DNA from: the human T2T-CHM13v2.0 reference genome, Homo sapiens
Assembly (NCBI RefSeq): GCF_009914755.1
Contig: NC_060948.1
Length of the DNA stretch: 64,000 nucleotides
Reading direction: 5' to 3' (one strand)
This document shows, piece after piece, positions 57,001 through 64,000 of this stretch; positions within the stretch are counted from its first letter, which is position 1, and every line of letters starts with the position of its first letter. A program made the position numbers and the translations under genes. The notes beneath the pieces were generated by a model. It did not search any database and was not told where the DNA came from. It worked only from the letters and a program-made list of their open reading frames with translations.

Positions 57001-59823
57001 GAATGGAATCGAATATAATGGAGTCGAATGAAATGGAATTGAAAGGAATGGGACCGAATACAATGGAATATACTGGAATGTAATGTAATGAACTCGAATG
57101 TAATTGACTGGAATGGAATGTACATGAATGGAATGTAATCGAATGGAAAGCAATCCAATGGAATAGAATCTAATGCAATAAAATCGACTCAAATAGAGTA
57201 GAATGTAATGGAATGGAGTGCAGTGCAATGGAATGGAATGGAATGGAATGCAATGGAATGGAATGGAATGGAACGGAATGGGATGGAATGGTATGGAATG
57301 GATAGTAATGGACTGGAGTGAAATGGACTGGAAAAGAATGGACTCAAATTGAAAGGGCTCGAAAGGAATGGAGTCAAATGGAATGGTCTGGAATGGAATG
57401 AACACGAATGTAATGCAATCCAATGGAATGGAATCGAATGGCATGGAATATAAAGAAATGGAATCGAAGAGAATGGAAACAAATGGAATGGAATTGAATG
57501 GAATGGAATTGAATGGAATGGGAACGAATGGAGTGAAATTGTATGCAGTAGAAGAGAATAGAATGGAATGCAAGCGAAAGGAAAGGAATGGATTGGAATG
57601 GAATGGAATTCATTGGAATGGAAGGGAATGTAGTGTAATGGACAGGCCTGGAATAAAGTGGAATGCTACGGTCTCGAATGGAATAAAAATGTATGGAATG
57701 GAATGCAATGAAACGGAATCGAATGTCATAGAATGTAATGGAATGCAAAAAAATGGACTCTAAAATCATTGACTGGAAAGGCTGGGTGTCGAAAGGAATT
57801 GACTCCAATGGAATGGAATCGAATGGAATGGAAGTGAATAGAATCGAACTAAATCGAATGGAATGGAATTGATAGGAACGGAATGGAAAGGAATGCAATG
57901 ATTTGGCATGGAATGGAATCGAATGGCATCGAATGGAATGGAATGGAATGCAATGGAATGGAATGTATTAGAATGTAATGAAGTTTAATGGAATGTACTC
58001 GAATGGATTCGACTGGAATGGAATGTTCTCGAAGTGAATGGACTTCAATGGAATGGATTCGAAAGGAATGGAATCTAATGGAATGGAATTAAATGGAAAT
58101 GAATCAAATTGAATAGAACGGAATTGAATTGAATGGAATCGAATGCAATGGAATCTAATGAAACGGAAAGGAAAGGAATGGAATGGATTGGAATGGAATC
58201 GGCTGGAATGGAATGGAATCGAAACGAATGGAATGGAATCGAACTGAAGAGACTGGAATGGAATGCACTGGAATGGAAGGGAATGTAATGGAAGGTTCTC
58301 GAAAAAAATGGAATCGAAAGGAATGGAATTGAATGGAACGGAATAGAGTCGAAAGGAATTGAATGGAATGGAATGGACTAGAGTGAAATGGAATCGAACC
58401 ACAAGGAATGGACAGGAATAGAATGGTCTCGAATTGAATGGAATCGTATGGAATGGCATCAAACGGAATGGAATGGACAGCCACGGAATGGAATGGACAC
58501 CCACGGAATGGAAAGCACTCGAATGCAAAGGAGTCGACACTAATGGACTGAATAGAATGGACTCGACTGGTACGGACTCCAATGGAATGGAATCGAATGG
58601 AAGGGAATCGAACGGAATGGACTCGAAGGGAAAAGACTGCAATGGAAAGGTCTCCAATGGAATGGAAATTAATGGAATGGAATGGAATCGAATGAAATGG
58701 AGTCAAAAGGAATGGAATCGAATGGCAAGAAATCGAATGTAATGGAATCGCAAGGAATTGATGTGAACGGAACGGAATGGAATGGAATCCAAAGGAATGG
58801 AATAGAATGGAATGGAATCGAATGGAAAGGACTCGAATGGAAATCACTCGAATAGAATGCAATTTAATAAAATAGGATCAAATGTAATGGAATGGAATGG
58901 AAAGGAATCGAAACGAAAGGAATGGAGACAGATGGAATGGAATGGAACAGAGAGCAATGGTATAGAATGGAATGGAATCATCTGGAATGGAATTGAATGG
59001 AATGGAATAATATGAAATGGAATGGAATGGAATGGAATGCCCTTGAATTAAATGGACTGGAATGGAATGGACTCGAACAGAGTGGAATGGAAAGTGTTGA
59101 AATAGAATGGAATGGACTCGTTTGGAATGGTCTAGTATGCAATGCAATCGACTGGCAGGCAATCAAAAGGAATGTAATCGAATGGATTGGACTGGAATGC
59201 AATGGACTCGAATAGATTGGAAACGGAAAGCAAAGGAATGGAATGGAATAGTATGGAATGGAATGGAAAGGAATGGAGTGGAATAGACTAGAGTGGAATG
59301 GAATGGACTCGAAAGCAATGGACTGGAATGGAACTTTCTTGAATGGACTGGAATCAAACGGAATGGAATGCAATGCAATCAAATGGCATGGAATAAAATA
59401 GAATGAAAGAGAATCAAATGGAATTGAATCGAATGGAATCGAATGGATTGGAAAGGAATAGAATGGAATGGAATGGAATTGACTCAAATGGAATGGACTA
59501 GAATGGAATGGATTCGAATGGAAGTCAAAGGAATGGAATCTATTGGAATGGACTGTAATGGAATGGAATGGAAGGGATTGGAATGGACTCGAATGGAATG
59601 GACTGCCATAGAAAGGATTCGAATGGAATGAAAAAGAATTGAATGGAATAGAACAGAATGGAATCAAATCGAATGAAATGGAATGGAATAGAAAGGAATG
59701 GAATGAAATGGAATGGAAAGGATTCAAATGGAATGCAATCGAATGGAATGCAATCGAGTGGAATGGAATCGAACGGAATGGAATAAAATGGAAGAAAACT
59801 GGCAAGAAATGGAATCGAAATGA
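42063..59823 (+). repeat. Region with 2-unit (~7.1 kb) higher-order periodicity
   Basis: GGAACCGACTC at 42075/49187/56283. U14 and U16 share CATCAATCGG and GACTGATACGG. U15 and U17 share a 1-bp deletion (GACTGAATAG), CTGCCATAG and ATCGAGTGG. Confidence 0.75.
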
Positions 59824-62800
59824 ATGGAGTGTTATGGAACGGACTCAAAAGGAATTGAATGTAATAGAATGGAGTGGAGTGGACTCGAATATAATGGACT
59901 GGAATGGAATGAAATCACATGGAATGGGAACGAATGGAATGGAATGGAAAGGAATGGAATCGAATGGAAAGGAATCGAATGGAAGGGAATGAAATTGAAT
60001 CAACAGGAATGGAAGGGAGTAGAATAGACGGTAATGGAATGGACTCGAATAGAATGGACACGAATGCTCAAATTGAATGGACTCGAATGGAATGGAAACG
60101 AAAGGAATGTCATCGAATGGAATTGAATCGATTGGAATGAAATCACATAGAATGGAGTGGAATCAAATGGAATTGAATCGAAAGGAAAGGAAGCGAATGG
60201 ACTGAAATGAAATGGAATGGAATTGAATGGAAATTAATGCAATGGAATAGAATGGAACGAAATTTCACGGAATGGAATCAAACTGAATGGAATCAAATCA
60301 ATGGAATATAATCAAATGGAATGGAAAGGAATTGAATGGAGTAGATTGGATTGGATGGGATTGGAATGAAAAGTACTGGAAAGGACTCGAATTTCATGAA
60401 ACGGAATGGAATGAATTAGAACGGAATGGACTCGAATGGAATGGAATGTCATGGAATGGCATCAAATGGAATGGAATCGAATGCGATGGAATAGAATGCA
60501 ATGGAATGCTATGGAATGGAATGGAATGCATTGGAATGGAATGTCCTCTAATGGAATGGATTCGAGTGGAATGGAATCGAATATAATGGAGTCGAATGAA
60601 ATGGAATTGAAAGGAATGGGATCGAATACCATGTAATATACTGGAATGTAATGTAATGAACTCGAATGTAATTGACTGGAATGGAATGTACATGAATGGA
60701 ATGTAATCGAATGGAAAGTAATCCAATGGAATAGAATCTAATGCAATAAAATCGACTCAAATAGAATAGAATGTAATGGAATGGAGTGCAGTGCAATGGA
60801 ATGGAATGGAATGGAATGCAATGGAATGGAATGGAATGGAATGGAATAGGATGGAATGGTATGGAATGGATAGTAATGGACTGGAGTGAAATGGACTGGA
60901 AAAGAATGGACTCAAATTGAAAGGGCTCGAAAGGAATGGAGTCAAATGGAATGGTCTGGAATGGAATGAATACGAATGTAATGCAATCCAATAGAATGGA
61001 ATCGAATGGTATGGAATATAAAGAATTGGAATCGAAGAGAATGGAAACAAATGGAATGGAATTGAATGGAATGGAATTGAATGGAATGGGAACGAATGGA
61101 GTGAAATTGTATGCAGTAGAAGAGAATAGAATGGAATGCAAGCGAAAGGAAAGGAATGGATTGGAATGGAATGGAATTCATTGGAATGGAAGGGAATGTA
61201 GTGTAATGGACAGGCCTGGAATAAAGTGGAATGCTACGGTCTCGAATGGAATAAAAGTGTATGGAATAGAATGCAATGAAACGGAATCGAATGTCATAGA
61301 ATGTAATGGAATGCAAAAAAATGGACTCCAAAATCATTGACTGGAAAGGCTGGGTGTCGAAAGGAATTGCCTCCAATGGAATGGAATCGAATGGAATGGA
61401 AGTGAAAAGAATGGAACTAAATCGAATGGAATGGAATTGATAGGAACGGAATGGAAAGGAATGCAATGATTTGGCATGGAATGGAATCGAATGGCATCGA
61501 ATGGAATGGAATGGAATGCAATTGAATGGAATGTATTAGAATGTAATGAACTTTAATGTAATGTACTCGAATGGATTCGACTGGAATGGAATGTTCTCGA
61601 AGTGAATGGACTCCAATGGAATGGATTCGAAAGGAATGGAATCTAATGGAATGGAATTAAATGGAAATGAATCAAATTGAATAGAACGGAATTGAATGGA
61701 ATGGAATCGAATGCAATGGAATCTAATGAAACGGCAAGGAAAGTAATGGAATGGAATGGAATGGGCTGGAATTGAATGGAATCGAAACGAATGGAATGGA
61801 GTCGAACTGAAGAGACTGAAATGGAATGCACTGGAATGGAAGGGAGTGTAATGGAAGGTTCTCGAAAAAAATGGAATCGAAAGGAATGGAATTGAATGGA
61901 ACGGAATAGAGTCGAATGGAATTCAATGGAATGGAATGGACTAGAGTGAAATGGAATCGAACCACAAGGAATGGACAGGAACAGAATGGTCTCGAATTGA
62001 ATGGAATCGTATGGAATGGCATCAAACGGAATGGAATGGACAGCCACGGAATGGAATGCACTCGAATGCAATGGAGTCGACACTAATGGACTGGAATAGA
62101 ATGGACTCGACTGGTATGGACTCCAATGGAATGGAATCGAATGGAAGGGAATGGAACGGAATGGACTCGAAGGGAAAAGACTGCAATGGAAAGGTCTCGA
62201 ATGGAATGGAAATTAATGGAATGGAATGGAATCGAATGAAATTGAGTCAAAAGGAATGGAATCGAATGGCAAGAAATCGAATGTAATGGAATCGCAAGGA
62301 ATTGATGTGAACGGAACGGAATCGAATGGAATCCAAAGGAATGGAATAGAATGGAATGGAATCGAATGGAAAGGACTCGAATGGAAATCACTCGAATAGA
62401 ATGCAATTTAATAAAATAGGATCAAATGTAATGGAATGGAATGGAAAGGAATCGAAACGAAAGGAATGGAGACAGATGGAATGGAATGGAACAGAGAGCA
62501 ATGGTATAGAATGGAATGGAATCATCTGGAATGGAATTGAATGGAATGGAATAATATGAAATGGAATGGAATGGAATGGAATGCCCTTGAATTAAATGGA
62601 CTGGAATGGAATGGACTCAAACAGAGTGGAATGGAAAGTGTTGAAATAGAATGGAATGGACTCGTTTGGAATGGTCTAGTATGCAATGCAATCGACTGGC
62701 AGGGAATCAAGAGGAATGTAATCGAATGCATTGGACTGGAATGCAATGGACTCGAATAGATTGGAAACGGAATGCAAAGGAATGGAATGGAATAGTATGG

Positions 62801-63352
62801 AATGGAATGGAAAGGAATGGAGTGGAATAGACTAGAGTGGAATGGAATGGACTGGAAAGCAATGGACTGGAATGGAACTTTCTTGAATGGACTGGAATCA
62901 AACGGAATGGAATGCAATGCAATCAAATGGCATGGAATAAAATAGAATGAAAGAGAATCAAATGGAATTGAATCGAATGGAATCTAATGGATTGGAAAGG
63001 AATAGAATGGAATGGAATGGAATTGACTCAAATGGAATGGACTAGAATGGAATGGATTCGAATGGAAGTCAAAGGAATGGAATCTATTGGAATGGACTGT
63101 AATGGAATGGAATGGAAGGGATTGGAATGGACTCGAATGGAATGGACTGCAATAGAAAGGATTCGAATGGAATGAAAAAGAATTGAATGTAATAGAACAG
63201 AATGGAATCAAATCGAATGAAATGGAATGGAAGAGAACGGAATGGAATGAAATGGAATGGAAAGGATTCGAATGGAATGCAATCGAATGGAACGGAATCG
63301 AACGGAATGGAATAAAATGGAAGAAAACTGGCAAGAAATGGAATCGAAATGA

Positions 63353-64000
63353 ATGGAGTGTTATGGAACGGACTCAAAAGGAATTGAATGTAATAGAATG
63401 GAGTGGAGTGGACTCGAATATAATGGACTGGAATGGAATGAAATCACATGGAATGGGAACGAATGGAATGGAATGGAAAGGAATGGAATGGAAAGGAATG
63501 GAATCGAATGGAAAGGAATCGAATGGAAGGGAATGAAATTGAATCAACAGGAATGGAAGGAAGTAGAATAGACGGTAATGGAATGGACTCGAATAGAATG
63601 GACACGAATGCTCAAATTGAATGGACTCGAATGGAATGGAAACGAAAGGAATGTCGTCGAATGGAATTGAATCGATTGGAATGAAATCGCATAGAATGGA
63701 GTGGAATCAAATGGAATTGAATCGAAAGGAAAGGAAGCGAATGGTCTGAAATGAAATGGAATGGAATTGAATGGAAAGTAATGCAAGGGAATAGAATGGA
63801 ACGAAATTTCACGGAATGGAATCAAACTGAATGGAATCAAATCAATGGAATATAATCAAATGGCATGGAAAGGAATTGAATGGAGTAGATTGGATTGGAT
63901 GGGATTGGAATGAAATGTACTGGAAAGGACTCGAATTTCATGAAATGGAATGGAATGAACTGGAACGGAATGGACTCGAATGGATTGGAATGTCATGGAA
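63353..64000 (+). repeat. Partial DYZ1 unit U19 (cut by window end)
   Basis: Landmark ATGGAGTGTTATGG at 63353 is followed by the usual unit start sequence. Confidence 0.93.

Larger units (their letters stand above)
3000..63352 (+). repeat. 17 full-length DYZ1 units U2-U18
   Basis: Lengths from landmark spacing: 3574, 3529, 3554, 3564, 3564, 3549, 3528, 3554, 3549, 3549, 3549, 3554, 3558, 3557, 3539, 3553, 3529. Conserved GGCC at 4389, 7943, 11472, 15036, 18600, 22154, 25702, 29231, 32780, 36329, 39898, 43437, 46996, 50554, 54091, 57645, 61213. Confidence 0.95.
1..64000 (+). repeat. DYZ1: Human satellite III array, DYZ1 (Yq12, HSat3A6); about 18 tandem ~3.55 kb units, GGAAT strand on +
   Basis: Degenerate GGAAT pentamers run throughout. 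Unique landmarks recur every 3528-3574 bp, and two units are exactly 3564 bp, the canonical DYZ1 length. Each full-length unit has one conserved EcoRI site (GGAATTCATTGG) and one conserved HaeIII/StuI site (CAGGCCTGG). Four pentamer-register shifts per unit give 3564 = 713x5-1. Confidence 0.97.

Noticed and set aside
131-63840. Hundreds of 60-310 aa ORFs on both strands (MEWNG- and IPFHS-rich)
   Set aside because: They are the expected translation of a stop-free 5-bp repeat. They overlap in all frames, recur with each unit, show no recognisable domain and are freely broken by indels.
1-64000. CRISPR-like array or prokaryotic repeat system
   Set aside because: There is no repeat-spacer alternation, no unique spacers and no cas genes. 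The sequence is a eukaryotic satellite.
1-64000. HSat2, chr9/acrocentric HSat3, telomeric repeat or DYZ2/Alu insertion
   Set aside because: The 3.55 kb period with the EcoRI/HaeIII landmarks fits DYZ1. I saw no dominant CATTCGATTC HSat2 pattern, TTAGGG, AT-rich DYZ2 or Alu sequence, and no strand inversion.

Overview
The whole 64 kb window is one uninterrupted, single-orientation array of human satellite III (GGAAT/ATTCC pentamer). It is organised as the ~3.55 kb DYZ1 repeat of Yq12 heterochromatin (HSat3A6). Using the landmark ATGGAGTGTTATGG, units start at 131, 3000, 6574, 10103, 13657, 17221, 20785, 24334, 27862, 31416, 34965, 38514, 42063, 45617, 49175, 52732, 56271, 59824 and 63353 (U1-U19; U19 is partial). 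I see no genes, RNA genes, transposons or DYZ2 blocks, and every listed ORF is a translation artefact of the pentamer (MEWNG / IPFHS). I found no new protein-coding system. The informative signal lies in the array structure: (i) a 680-bp deletion in U1; (ii) a 5-unit (~17.75 kb) tandem duplication with a mappable junction; (iii) a 2-unit (~7.1 kb) periodicity in the right part; (iv) a young central clade of units between older-type flanks, with a chimeric junction unit; (v) three perfect heat-shock elements and one AP-1 site per unit in a background of TEAD-type GGAATG motifs. All variant comparisons were made by eye, not by computed alignment.
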